A stretch of 64,000 nt of DNA from the human T2T-CHM13v2.0 reference genome, Homo sapiens. The notes beneath the pieces were generated by a model. The model was not told the DNA's origin. It did not search any database and saw only the letters and a program-made list of their open reading frames with translations. Made by a program: the position numbers and the translations under genes. Shown in pieces: positions 41,301-56,210 of the stretch. Where the stretch lies: NCBI RefSeq assembly GCF_009914755.1, contig NC_060931.1. The stretch is one strand, 5' to 3'. The stretch's first letter is position 1; each line of letters starts with the position of its first letter.

Positions 41301-44300
41301 CAGACAGAATCATTCTCAGAAAGTGCTTTGTGATGTGTGCGTTCAACTCACAGAGTTTAACCTTTCTTTTCATAGAGGAGTTTGGAAACACACTGTTTGT
41401 AAAGTCTGCAAGTGGATACATGGACCTGTTTGAGGCCTTCGTTGGAAACGGGATTTCTTCATTGAATGCTAGACGGAAGAATTCTCAGTAAATTCTTTGT
41501 GTTGTGTGCATTCAACTCACAGAGTGGAACGTCCCTTTAGACAGAGCAGATTTGAAACACTCTTTTTGCGGAATTTGCAAGTGGAGATTTCTAGCCATTT
41601 GATGCCAACAGTAGAAAGGGAAATATCTTCAAATAAAAACCAGACAGAATCATTCTCAGAAAATTCTTTGTGATGTGTGCGTTCAACTCACATAGTTTAA
41701 CCTTTCTTTTCATAGAGCAGTTTGGAAACACTCTGTTTGTAAAGTCTGCAAGTGGATATATGGACCGCATTGAGGCCTTCGTTGGAAACGGGATTTCTTC
41801 ATTTCATGCTAGACAGAAGAATTCTCAGTAACTTCTTTGTGCTGTGTGTATTCAACTCACAGAGTGGAACGTCCCTTTGCACAGAGCAGATTTGAAACAC
41901 TCTTTTTGTGGAGTTTGCAAGTGGAGATTTCAAGCGATTTGATGCCAACAGTAGAAAAGGAAATATCTTCAAATAAAAACTAGACAGAATCATTCTCAGA
42001 AACTACTTTGTGATGTGTGCCTTCAACTCACAGAGTTTAACCTTTCTTTTCTTAGAGCAGTTTAGAAACACTCTGCTTGTTATGTCTGCAAGTGGATATT
42101 TGGACCTCTTTGAGGCCTTCGTTGCAAACGGGGTTTCTTCCTTTCATGCTAGACTAAGAAGAGTTCTCAGTAACTTTTTTGTGTTGTGTGTATTCAACTC
42201 ACAGAGTTGAACCTTGCTTTAGAGAGAGCAGATTTGAAACACTCTTGCTGTGGCATTTTCAGGTGGAGATTTCAAGCGATTTGAGGACAATTGCAGAAAA
42301 GGAAATATCTTCGTATAATAACCAGACAGAATCATTCTCAGAAAGTGCTTTGTGATGTGTGCGTTCAACTCACAGAGTTTAACCTTTCTTTTCATAGAGG
42401 AGTTTGGAAACACACTGTTTGTAAAGTCTGCAAGTGGATATATGGACCTGTTTGAGGCCTTCGTTGGAAACGGGATTTCTTCATTGAATGCTAGACGGAA
42501 GAATTCTCAGTAAATTCTTTGTGTTGTGTGCATTCAACTCACAGAGTGGAACGTCCCTTTAGACAGAGCAGATTTGAAACACTCTTTTTGCGGAATTTGC
42601 AAGTGGAGATTTCTAGCCATTTGATGCCAACAGTAGAAAGGGAAATATCTTCAAATAAAAACCAGACAGAATCATTCTCAGAAAATTCTTTGTGATGTGT
42701 GCGTTCAACTCACATAGTTTAACCTTTCTTTTCATAGAGCAGTTTGGAAACACTCTGTTTGTAAAGTCTGCAAGTGGATATATGGACCGCATTGAGGCCT
42801 TCGTTGGAAACGGGATTTCTTCATTTCATGCTAGACAGAAGAATTCTCAGTAACTTCTTTGTGCTGTGTGTATTCAACTCACAGAGTGGAACGTCCCTTT
42901 GCACAGAGCAGATTTGAAACACTCTTTTTGTGGAGTTTGCAAGTGGAGATTTCAAGCGATTTGATGCCAACAGTAGAAAAGGAAATATCTTCAAATAAAA
43001 ACTAGACAGAATCATTCTCAGAAACTACTTTGTGATGTGTGCCTTCAACTCACAGAGTTTAACCTTTCTTTTCTTAGAGCAGTTTAGAAACACTCTGCTT
43101 GTTATGTCTGCAAGTGGATATTTGGACCTCTTTGAGGCCTTCGTTGCAAACGGGGTTTCTTCCTTTCATGCTAGACTAAGAAGAGTTCTCAGTAACTTTT
43201 TTGTGTTGTGTGTATTCAACTCACAGAGTTGAACCTTGCTTTAGAGAGAGCAGATTTGAAACACTCTTGCTGTGGCATTTTCAGGTGGAGATTTCAAGCG
43301 ATTTGAGGACAATTGCAGAAAAGGAAATATCTTCGTATAATAACCAGACAGAATCATTCTCAGAAAGTGCTTTGTGATGTGTGCGTTCAACTCACAGAGT
43401 TTAACCTTTCTTTTCATAGAGGAGTTTGGAAACACACTGTTTGTAAAGTCTGCAAGTGGATACATGGACCTGTTTGAGGCCTTCGTTGGAAACGGGATTT
43501 CTTCATTGAATGCTAGACGGAAGAATTCTCAGTAAATTCTTTGTGTTGTGTGCATTCAACTCACAGAGTGGAACGTCCCTTTAGACAGAGCAGATTTGAA
43601 ACACTCTTTTTGCGGAATTTGCAAGTGGAGATTTCTAGCCATTTGATGCCAACAGTAGAAAGGGAAATATCTTCAAATAAAAACCAGACAGAATCATTCT
43701 CAGAAAATTCTTTGTGATGTGTGCGTTCAACTCACATAGTTTAACCTTTCTTTTCATAGAGCAGTTTGGAAACACTCTGTTTGTAAAGTCTGCAAGTGGA
43801 TATATGGACCGCATTGAGGCCTTCGTTGGAAACGGGATTTCTTCATTTCATGCTAGACAGAAGAATTCTCAGTAACTTCTTTGTGCTGTGTGTATTCAAC
43901 TCACAGAGTGGAACGTCCCTTTGCACAGAGCAGATTTGAAACACTCTTTTTGTGGAGTTTGCAAGTGGAGATTTCAAGCGATTTGATGCCAACAGTAGAA
44001 AAGGAAATATCTTCAAATAAAAACTAGACAGAATCATTCTCAGAAACTACTTTGTGATGTGTGCCTTCAACTCACAGAGTTCAACCTTTCTTTTCTTAGA
44101 GCAGTTTAGAAACACTCTGCTTGTTATGTCTGCAAGTGGATATTTGGACCTCTTTGAGGCCTTCGTTGCAAACGGGGTTTCTTCCTTTCATGCTAGACTA
44201 AGAAGAGTTCTCAGTAACTTTTTTGTGTTGTGTGTATTCAACTCACAGAGTTGAACCTTGCTTTAGAGAGAGCAGATTTGAAACACTCTTGCTGTGGCAT

Positions 44301-47300
44301 TTTCAGGTGGAGATTTCAAGCGATTTGAGGACAATTGCAGAAAAGGAAATATCTTCGTATAATAACCAGACAGAATCATTCTCAGAAAGTGCTTTGTGAT
44401 GTGTGCGTTCAACTCACAGAGTTTAACCTTTCTTTTCATAGAGGAGTTTGGAAACACACTGTTTGTAAAGTCTGCAAGTGGATATATGGACCTGTTTGAG
44501 GCCTTCGTTGGAAACGGGATTTCTTCATTGAATGCTAGACGGAAGAATTCTCAGTAAATTCTTTGTGTTGTGTGCATTCAACTCACAGAGTGGAACGTCC
44601 CTTTAGACAGAGCAGATTTGAAACACTCTTTTTGCGGAATTTGCAAGTGGAGATTTCTAGCCATTTGATGCCAACAGTAGAAAGGGAAATATCTTCAAAT
44701 AAAAACCAGACAGAATCATTCTCAGAAAATTCTTTGTGATGTGTGCGTTCAACTCACATAGTTTAACCTTTCTTTTCATAGAGCAGTTTGGAAACACTCT
44801 GTTTGTAAAGTCTGCAAGTGGATATATGGACCGCATTGAGGCCTTCGTTGGAAACGGGATTTCTTCATTTCATGCTAGACAGAAGAATTCTCAGTAACTT
44901 CTTTGTGCTGTGTGTATTCAACTCACAGAGTGGAACGTCCCTTTGCACAGAGCAGATTTGAAACACTCTTTTTGTGGAGTTTGCAAGTGGAGATTTCAAG
45001 CGATTTGATGCCAACAGTAGAAAAGGAAATATCTTCAAATAAAAACTAGACAGAATCATTCTCAGAAACTACTTTGTGATGTGTGCCTTCAACTCACAGA
45101 GTTTAACCTTTCTTTTCTTAGAGCAGTTTAGAAACACTCTGCTTGTTATGTCTGCAAGTGGATATTTGGACCTCTTTGAGGCCTTCGTTGCAAACGGGGT
45201 TTCTTCCTTTCATGCTAGACTAAGAAGAGTTCTCAGTAACTTTTTTGTGTTGTGTGTATTCAACTCACAGAGTTGAACCTTGCTTTAGAGAGAGCAGATT
45301 TGAAACACTCTTGCTGTGGCATTTTCAGGTGGAGATTTCAAGCGATTTGAGGACAATTGCAGAAAAGGAAATATCTTCGTATAATAACCAGACAGAATCA
45401 TTCTCAGAAAGTGCTTTGTGATGTGTGCGTTCAACTCACAGAGTTTAACCTTTCTTTTCATAGAGGAGTTTGGAAACACACTGTTTGTAAAGTCTGCAAG
45501 TGGATACATGGACCTGTTTGAGGCCTTCGTTGGAAACGGGATTTCTTCATTGAATGCTAGACGGAAGAATTCTCAGTAAATTCTTTGTGTTGTGTGCATT
45601 CAACTCACAGAGTGGAACGTCCCTTTAGACAGAGCAGATTTGAAACACTCTTTTTGCGGAATTTGCAAGTGGAGATTTCTAGCCATTTGATGCCAACAGT
45701 AGAAAGGGAAATATCTTCAAATAAAAACCAGACAGAATCATTCTCAGAAAATTCTTTGTGATGTGTGCGTTCAACTCACATAGTTTAACCTTTCTTTTCA
45801 TAGAGCAGTTTGGAAACACTCTGTTTGTAAAGTCTGCAAGTGGATATATGGACCGCATTGAGGCCTTCGTTGGAAACGGGATTTCTTCATTTCATGCTAG
45901 ACAGAAGAATTCTCAGTAACTTCTTTGTGCTGTGTGTATTCAACTCACAGAGTGGAACGTCCCTTTGCACAGAGCAGATTTGAAACACTCTTTTTGTGGA
46001 GTTTGCAAGTGGAGATTTCAAGCGATTTGATGCCAACAGTAGAAAAGGAAATATCTTCAAATAAAAACTAGACAGAATCATTCTCAGAAACTACTTTGTG
46101 ATGTGTGCCTTCAACTCACACAGTTCAACCTTTCTTTTCTTAGAGCAGTTTAGAAACACTCTGCTTGTTATGTCTGCAAGTGGATATTTGGACCTCTTTG
46201 AGGCCTTTGTTGCAAACGGGGTTTCTTCCTTTCATGCTAGACTAAGAAGAGTTCTCAGTAACTTTTTTGTGTTGTGTGTATTCAACTCACAGAGTTGAAC
46301 CTTGCTTTAGAGAGAGCAGATTTGAAACACTCTTGCTGTGGCATTTTCAGGTGGAGATTTCAAGCGATTTGAGGACAATTGCAGAAAAGGAAATATCTTC
46401 GTATAATAACCAGACAGAATCATTCTCAGAAAGTGCTTTGTGATGTGTGCGTTCAACTCACAGAGTTTAACCTTTCTTTTCATAGAGGAGTTTGGAAACA
46501 CACTGTTTGTAAAGTCTGCAAGTGGATATATGGACCTGTTTGAGGCCTTCGTTGGAAACGGGATTTCTTCATTGAATGCTAGACGGAAGAATTCTCAGTA
46601 AATTCTTTGTGTTGTGTGCATTCAACTCACAGAGTGGAACGTCCCTTTAGACAGAGCAGATTTGAAACACTCTTTTTGCGGAATTTGCAAGTGGAGATTT
46701 CTAGCCATTTGATGCCAACAGTAGAAAAGGAAATATCTTCAAATAAAAACCAGACAGAATCATTCTCAGAAAATTCTTTGTGATGTGTGCGTTCAACTCA
46801 CATAGTTTAACCTTTCTTTTCATAGAGCAGTTTGGAAACACTCTGTTTGTAAAGTCTGCAAGTGGATATATGGACCGCATTGAGGCCTTCGTTGGAAACG
46901 GGATTTCTTCATTTCATGCTAGACAGAAGAATTCTCAGTAACTTCTTTGTGCTGTGTGTATTCAACTCACAGAGTGGAACGTCCCTTTGCACAGAGCAGA
47001 TTTGAAACACTCTTTTTGTGGAGTTTGCAAGTGGAGATTTCAAGCGATTTGATGCCAACAGTAGAAAAGGAAATATCTTCAAATAAAAACTAGACAGAAT
47101 CATTCTCAGAAACTACTTTGTGATGTGTGCCTTCAACTCACAGAGTTTAACCTTTCTTTTCTTAGAGCAGTTTAGAAACACTCTGCTTGTTATGTCTGCA
47201 AGTGGATATTTGGACCTCTTTGAGGCCTTCGTTGCAAACGGGGTTTCTTCCTTTCATGCTAGACTAAGAAGAGTTCTCAGTAACTTTTTTGTGTTGTGTG

Positions 47301-50300
47301 TATTCAACTCACAGAGTTGAACCTTGCTTTAGAGAGAGCAGATTTGAAACACTCTTGCTGTGGCATTTTCAGGTGGAGATTTCAAGCGATTTGAGGACAA
47401 TTGCAGAAAAGGAAATATCTTCGTATAATAACCAGACAGAATCATTCTCAGAAAGTGCTTTGTGATGTGTGCGTTCAACTCACAGAGTTTAACCTTTCTT
47501 TTCATAGAGGAGTTTGGAAACACACTGTTTGTAAAGTCTGCAAGTGGATATATGGACCTGTTTGAGGCCTTCGTTGGAAACGGGATTTCTTCATTGAATG
47601 CTAGACGGAAGAATTCTCAGTAAATTCTTTGTGTTGTGTGCATTCAACTCACAGAGTGGAACGTCCCTTTAGACAGAGCAGATTTGAAACACTCTTTTTG
47701 CGGAATTTGCAAGTGGAGATTTCTAGCCATTTGATGCCAACAGTAGAAAGGGAAATATCTTCAAATAAAAACCAGACAGAATCATTCTCAGAAAATTCTT
47801 TGTGATGTGTGCGTTCAACTCACATAGTTTAACCTTTCTTTTCATAGAGCAGTTTGGAAACACTCTGTTTGTAAAGTCTGCAAGTGGATATATGGACCGC
47901 ATTGAGGCCTTCGTTGGAAACGGGATTTCTTCATTTCATGCTAGACAGAAGAATTCTCAGTAACTTCTTTGTGCTGTGTGTATTCAACTCACAGAGTGGA
48001 ACGTCCCTTTGCACAGAGCAGATTTGAAACACTCTTTTTGTGGAGTTTGCAAGTGGAGATTTCAAGCGATTTGATGCCAACAGTAGAAAAGGAAATATCT
48101 TCAAATAAAAACTAGACAGAATCATTCTCAGAAACTACTTTGTGATGTGTGCCTTCAACTCACAGAGTTTAACCTTTCTTTTCTTAGAGCAGTTTAGAAA
48201 CACTCTGCTTGTTATGTCTGCAAGTGGATATTTGGACCTCTTTGAGGCCTTCGTTGCAAACGGGGTTTCTTCCTTTCATGCTAGACTAAGAAGAGTTCTC
48301 AGTAACTTTTTTGTGTTGTGTGTATTCAACTCACAGAGTTGAACCTTGCTTTAGAGAGAGCAGATTTGAAACACTCTTGCTGTGGCATTTTCAGGTGGAG
48401 ATTTCAAGCGATTTGAGGACAATTGCAGAAAAGGAAATATCTTCGTATAATAACCAGACAGAATCATTCTCAGAAAGTGCTTTGTGATGTGTGCGTTCAA
48501 CTCACAGAGTTTAACCTTTCTTTTCATAGAGGAGTTTGGAAACACACTGTTTGTAAAGTCTGCAAGTGGATATATGGACCTGTTTGAGGTCTCCGTTGGA
48601 AACGGGATTTCTTCATTGAATGCTAGACGGAAGAATTCTCAGTAAATTCTTTGTGTTGTGTGCATTCAACTCACAGAGTGGAACGTCCCTTTAGACAGAG
48701 CAGATTTGAAACACTCTTTTTGCGGAATTTGCAAGTGGAGATTTCTAGCCATTTGATGCCAACAGTAGAAAGGGAAATATCTTCAAATAAAAACCAGACA
48801 GAATCATTCTCAGAAAATTCTTTGTGATGTGTGCGTTCAACTCACATAGTTTAACCTTTCTTTTCATAGAGCAGTTTGGAAACACTCTGTTTGTAAAGTC
48901 TGCAAGTGGATATATGGACCGCATTGAGGCCTTCGTTGGAAACGGGATTTCTTCATTTCATGCTAGACAGAAGAATTCTCAGTAACTTCTTTGTGCTGTG
49001 TGTATTCAACTCACAGAGTGGAACGTCCCTTTGCACAGAGCAGATTTGAAACACTCTTTTTGTGGAGTTTGCAAGTGGAGATTTCAAGCGATTTGATGCC
49101 AACAGTAGAAAAGGAAATATCTTCAAATAAAAACTAGACAGAATCATTCTCAGAAACTACTTTGTGATGTGTGCCTTCAACTCACAGAGTTTAACCTTTC
49201 TTTTCTTAGAGCAGTTTAGAAACACTCTGCTTGTTATGTCTGCAAGTGGATATTTGGACCTCTTTGAGGCCTTCGTTGCAAACGGGGTTTCTTCCTTTCA
49301 TGCTAGACTAAGAAGAGTTCTCAGTAACTTTTTTGTGTTGTGTGTATTCAACTCACAGAGTTGAACCTTGCTTTAGAGAGAGCAGATTTGAAACACTCTT
49401 GCTGTGGCATTTTCAGGTGGAGATTTCAAGCGATTTGAGGACAATTGCAGAAAAGGAAATATCTTCGTATAATAACCAGACAGAATCATTCTCAGAAAGT
49501 GCTTTGTGATGTGTGCGTTCAACTCACAGAGTTTAACCTTTCTTTTCATAGAGGAGTTTGGAAACACACTGTTTGTAAAGTCTGCAAGTGGATATATGGA
49601 CCTGTTTGAGGCCTTCGTTGGAAACGGGATTTCTTCATTGAATGCTAGACGGAAGAATTCTCAGTAAATTCTTTGTGTTGTGTGCATTCAACTCACAGAG
49701 TGGAACGTCCCTTTAGACAGAGCAGATTTGAAACACTCTTTTTGCGGAATTTGCAAGTGGAGATTTCTAGCCATTTGATGCCAACAGTAGAAAAGGAAAT
49801 ATCTTCAAATAAAAACCAGACAGAATCATTCTCAGAAAATTCTTTGTGATGTGTGCGTTCAACTCACATAGTTTAACCTTTCTTTTCATAGAGCAGTTTG
49901 GAAACACTCTGTTTGTAAAGTCTGCAAGTGGATATATGGACCGCATTGAGGCCTTCGTTGGAAACGGGATTTCTTCATTTCATGCTAGACAGAAGAATTC
50001 TCAGTAACTTCTTTGTGCTGTGTGTATTCAACTCACAGAGTGGAACGTCCCTTTGCACAGAGCAGATTTGAAACACTCTTTTTGTGGAGTTTGCAAGTGG
50101 AGATTTCAAGCGATTTGATGCCAACAGTAGAAAAGGAAATATCTTCAAATAAAAACTAGACAGAATCATTCTCAGAAACTACTTTGTGATGTGTGCCTTC
50201 AACTCACAGAGTTTAACCTTTCTTTTCTTAGAGCAGTTTAGAAACACTCTGCTTGTTATGTCTGCAAGTGGATATTTGGACCTCTTTGAGGCCTTCGTTG

Positions 50301-53300
50301 CAAACGGGGTTTCTTCCTTTCATGCTAGACTAAGAAGAGTTCTCAGTAACTTTTTTGTGTTGTGTGTATTCAACTCACAGAGTTGAACCTTGCTTTAGAG
50401 AGAGCAGATTTGAAACACTCTTGCTGTGGCATTTTCAGGTGGAGATTTCAAGCGATTTGAGGACAATTGCAGAAAAGGAAATATCTTCGTATAATAACCA
50501 GACAGAATCATTCTCAGAAAGTGCTTTGTGATGTGTGCGTTCAACTCACAGAGTTTAACCTTTCTTTTCATAGAGGAGTTTGGAAACACACTGTTTGTAA
50601 AGTCTGCAAGTGGATATATGGACCTGTTTGAGGCCTTCGTTGGAAACGGGATTTCTTCATTGAATGCTAGACGGAAGAATTCTCAGTAAATTCTTTGTGT
50701 TGTGTGCATTCAACTCACAGAGTGGAACGTCCCTTTAGACAGAGCAGATTTGAAACACTCTTTTTGCGGAATTTGCAAGTGGAGATTTCTAGCCATTTGA
50801 TGCCAACAGTAGAAAGGGAAATATCTTCAAATAAAAACCAGACAGAATCATTCTCAGAAAATTCTTTGTGATGTGTGCGTTCAACTCACATAGTTTAACC
50901 TTTCTTTTCATAGAGCAGTTTGGAAACACTCTGTTTGTAAAGTCTGCAAGTGGATATATGGACCGCATTGAGGCCTTCGTTGGAAACGGGATTTCTTCAT
51001 TTCATGCTAGACAGAAGAATTCTCAGTAACTTCTTTGTGCTGTGTGTATTCAACTCACAGAGTGGAACGTCCCTTTGCACAGAGCAGATTTGAAACACTC
51101 TTTTTGTGGAGTTTGCAAGTGGAGATTTCAAGCGATTTGATGCCAACAGTAGAAAAGGAAATATCTTCAAATAAAAACTAGACAGAATCATTCTCAGAAA
51201 CTACTTTGTGATGTGTGCCTTCAACTCACAGAGTTTAACCTTTCTTTTCTTAGAGCAGTTTAGAAACACTCTGCTTGTTATGTCTGCAAGTGGATATTTG
51301 GACCTCTTTGAGGCCTTCGTTGCAAACGGGGTTTCTTCCTTTCATGCTAGACTAAGAAGAGTTCTCAGTAACTTTTTTGTGTTGTGTGTATTCAACTCAC
51401 AGAGTTGAACCTTGCTTTAGAGAGAGCAGATTTGAAACACTCTTGCTGTGGCATTTTCAGGTGGAGATTTCAAGCGATTTGAGGACAATTGCAGAAAAGG
51501 AAATATCTTCGTATAATAACCAGACAGAATCATTCTCAGAAAGTGCTTTGTGATGTGTGCGTTCAACTCACAGAGTTTAACCTTTCTTTTCATAGAGGAG
51601 TTTGGAAACACACTGTTTGTAAAGTCTGCAAGTGGATATATGGACCTGTTTGAGGCCTTCGTTGGAAACGGGATTTCTTCATTGAATGCTAGACGGAAGA
51701 ATTCTCAGTAAATTCTTTGTGTTGTGTGCATTCAACTCACAGAGTGGAACGTCCCTTTAGACAGAGCAGATTTGAAACACTCTTTTTGCGGAATTTGCAA
51801 GTGGAGATTTCTAGCCATTTGATGCCAACAGTAGAAAGGGAAATATCTTCAAATAAAAACCAGACAGAATCATTCTCAGAAAATTCTTTGTGATGTGTGC
51901 GTTCAACTCACATAGTTTAACCTTTCTTTTCATAGAGCAGTTTGGAAACACTCTGTTTGTAAAGTCTGCAAGTGGATATATGGACCGCATTGAGGCCTTC
52001 GTTGGAAACGGGATTTCTTCATTTCATGCTAGACAGAAGAATTCTCAGTAACTTCTTTGTGCTGTGTGTATTCAACTCACAGAGTGGAACGTCCCTTTGC
52101 ACAGAGCAGATTTGAAACACTCTTTTTGTGGAGTTTGCAAGTGGAGATTTCAAGCGATTTGATGCCAACAGTAGAAAAGGAAATATCTTCAAATAAAAAC
52201 TAGACAGAATCATTCTCAGAAACTACTTTGTGATGTGTGCCTTCAACTCACAGAGTTTAACCTTTCTTTTCTTAGAGCAGTTTAGAAACACTCTGCTTGT
52301 TATGTCTGCAAGTGGATATTTGGACCTCTTTGAGGCCTTCGTTGCAAACGGGGTTTCTTCCTTTCATGCTAGACTAAGAAGAGTTCTCAGTAACTTTTTT
52401 GTGTTGTGTGTATTCAACTCACAGAGTTGAACCTTGCTTTAGAGAGAGCAGATTTGAAACACTCTTGCTGTGGCATTTTCAGGTGGAGATTTCAAGCGAT
52501 TTGAGGACAATTGCAGAAAAGGAAATATCTTCGTATAATAACCAGACAGAATCATTCTCAGAAAGTGCTTTGTGATGTGTGCGTTCAACTCACAGAGTTT
52601 AACCTTTCTTTTCATAGAGGAGTTTGGAAACACACTGTTTGTAAAGTCTGCAAGTGGATATATGGACCTGTTTGAGGTCTCCGTTGGAAACGGGATTTCT
52701 TCATTGAATGCTAGACGGAAGAATTCTCAGTAAATTCTTTGTGTTGTGTGCATTCAACTCACAGAGTGGAACGTCCCTTTAGACAGAGCAGATTTGAAAC
52801 ACTCTTTTTGCGGAATTTGCAAGTGGAGATTTCTAGCCATTTGATGCCAACAGTAGAAAGGGAAATATCTTCAAATAAAAACCAGACAGAATCATTCTCA
52901 GAAAATTCTTTGTGATGTGTGCGTTCAACTCACATAGTTTAACCTTTCTTTTCATAGAGCAGTTTGGAAACACTCTGTTTGTAAAGTCTGCAAGTGGATA
53001 TATGGACCGCATTGAGGCCTTCGTTGGAAACGGGATTTCTTCATTTCATGCTAGACAGAAGAATTCTCAGTAACTTCTTTGTGCTGTGTGTATTCAACTC
53101 ACAGAGTGGAACGTCCCTTTGCACAGAGCAGATTTGAAACACTCTTTTTGTGGGGTTTGCAAGTGGAGATTTCAAGCGATTTGATGCCAACAGTAGAAAA
53201 GGAAATATCTTCAAATAAAAACTAGACAGAATCATTCTCAGAAACTACTTTGTGATGTGTGCCTTCAACTCACACAGTTCAACCTTTCTTTTCTTAGAGC

Positions 53301-56210
53301 AGTTTAGAAACACTCTGCTTGTTATGTCTGCAAGTGGATATTTGGACCTCTTTGAGGCCTTCGTTGCAAACGGGGTTTCTTCCTTTCATGCTAGACTAAG
53401 AAGAGTTCTCAGTAACTTTTTTGTGTTGTGTGTATTCAACTCACAGAGTTGAACCTTGCTTTAGAGAGAGCAGATTTGAAACACTCTTGCTGTGGCATTT
53501 TCAGGTGGAGATTTCAAGCGATTTGAGGACAATTGCAGAAAAGGAAATATCTTCGTATAATAACCAGACAGAATCATTCTCAGAAAGTGCTTTGTGATGT
53601 GTGCGTTCAACTCACAGAGTTTAACCTTTCTTTTCATAGAGGAGTTTGGAAACACACTGTTTGTAAAGTCTGCAAGTGGATATATGGACCTGTTTGAGGC
53701 CTTCGTTGGAAACGGGATTTCTTCATTGAATGCTAGACGGAAGAATTCTCAGTAAATTCTTTGTGTTGTGTGCATTCAACTCACAGAGTGGAACGTCCCT
53801 TTAGACAGAGCAGATTTGAAACACTCTTTTTGCGGAATTTGCAAGTGGAGATTTCTAGCCATTTGATGCCAACAGTAGAAAAGGAAATATCTTCAAATAA
53901 AAACCAGACAGAATCATTCTCAGAAAATTCTTTGTGATGTGTGCGTTCAACTCACATAGTTTAACCTTTCTTTTCATAGAGCAGTTTGGAAACACTCTGT
54001 TTGTAAAGTCTGCAAGTGGATATATGGACCGCATTGAGGCCTTCGTTGGAAACGGGATTTCTTCATTTCATGCTAGACAGAAGAATTCTCAGTAACTTCT
54101 TTGTGCTGTGTGTATTCAACTCACAGAGTGGAACGTCCCTTTGCACAGAGCAGATTTGAAACACTCTTTTTGTGGAGTTTGCAAGTGGAGATTTCAAGCG
54201 ATTTGATGCCAACAGTAGAAAAGGAAATATCTTCAAATAAAAACTAGACAGAATCATTCTCAGAAACTACTTTGTGATGTGTGCCTTCAACTCACAGAGT
54301 TTAACCTTTCTTTTCTTAGAGCAGTTTAGAAACACTCTGCTTGTTATGTCTGCAAGTGGATATTTGGACCTCTTTGAGGCCTTCGTTGCAAACGGGGTTT
54401 CTTCCTTTCATGCTAGACTAAGAAGAGTTCTCAGTAACTTTTTTGTGTTGTGTGTATTCAACTCACAGAGTTGAACCTTGCTTTAGAGAGAGCAGATTTG
54501 AAACACTCTTGCTGTGGCATTTTCAGGTGGAGATTTCAAGCGATTTGAGGACAATTGCAGAAAAGGAAATATCTTCGTATAATAACCAGACAGAATCATT
54601 CTCAGAAAGTGCTTTGTGATGTGTGCGTTCAACTCACAGAGTTTAACCTTTCTTTTCATAGAGGAGTTTGGAAACACACTGTTTGTAAAGTCTGCAAGTG
54701 GATATATGGACCTGTTTGAGGCCTTCGTTGGAAACGGGATTTCTTCATTGAATGCTAGACGGAAGAATTCTCAGTAAATTCTTTGTGTTGTGTGCATTCA
54801 ACTCACAGAGTGGAACGTCCCTTTAGACAGAGCAGATTTGAAACACTCTTTTTGCGGAATTTGCAAGTGGAGATTTCTAGCCATTTGATGCCAACAGTAG
54901 AAAGGGAAATATCTTCAAATAAAAACCAGACAGAATCATTCTCAGAAAATTCTTTGTGATGTGTGCGTTCAACTCACATAGTTTAACCTTTCTTTTCATA
55001 GAGCAGTTTGGAAACACTCTGTTTGTAAAGTCTGCAAGTGGATATATGGACCGCATTGAGGCCTTCGTTGGAAACGGGATTTCTTCATTTCATGCTAGAC
55101 AGAAGAATTCTCAGTAACTTCTTTGTGCTGTGTGTATTCAACTCACAGAGTGGAACGTCCCTTTGCACAGAGCAGATTTGAAACACTCTTTTTGTGGGGT
55201 TTGCAAGTGGAGATTTCAAGCGATTTGATGCCAACAGTAGAAAAGGAAATATCTTCAAATAAAAACTAGACAGAATCATTCTCAGAAACTACTTTGTGAT
55301 GTGTGCCTTCAACTCACACAGTTCAACCTTTCTTTTCTTAGAGCAGTTTAGAAACACTCTGCTTGTTATGTCTGCAAGTGGATATTTGGACCTCTTTGAG
55401 GCCTTCGTTGCAAACGGGGTTTCTTCCTTTCATGCTAGACTAAGAAGAGTTCTCAGTAACTTTTTTGTGTTGTGTGTATTCAACTCACAGAGTTGAACCT
55501 TGCTTTAGAGAGAGCAGATTTGAAACACTCTTGCTGTGGCATTTTCAGGTGGAGATTTCAAGCGATTTGAGGACAATTGCAGAAAAGGAAATATCTTCGT
55601 ATAATAACCAGACAGAATCATTCTCAGAAAGTGCTTTGTGATGTGTGCGTTCAACTCACAGAGTTTAACCTTTCTTTTCATAGAGGAGTTTGGAAACACA
55701 CTGTTTGTAAAGTCTGCAAGTGGATACATGGACCTGTTTGAGGCCTTCGTTGGAAACGGGATTTCTTCATTGAATGCTAGACGGAAGAATTCTCAGTAAA
55801 TTCTTTGTGTTGTGTGCATTCAACTCACAGAGTGGAACGTCCCTTTAGACAGAGCAGATTTGAAACACTCTTTTTGCGGAATTTGCAAGTGGAGATTTCT
55901 AGCCATTTGATGCCAACAGTAGAAAGGGAAATATCTTCAAATAAAAACCAGACAGAATCATTCTCAGAAAATTCTTTGTGATGTGTGCGTTCAACTCACA
56001 TAGTTTAACCTTTCTTTTCATAGAGCAGTTTGGAAACACTCTGTTTGTAAAGTCTGCAAGTGGATATATGGACCGCATTGAGGCCTTCGTTGGAAACGGG
56101 ATTTCTTCATTTCATGCTAGACAGAAGAATTCTCAGTAACTTCTTTGTGCTGTGTGTATTCAACTCACAGAGTGGAACGTCCCTTTGCACAGAGCAGATT
56201 TGAAACACTC

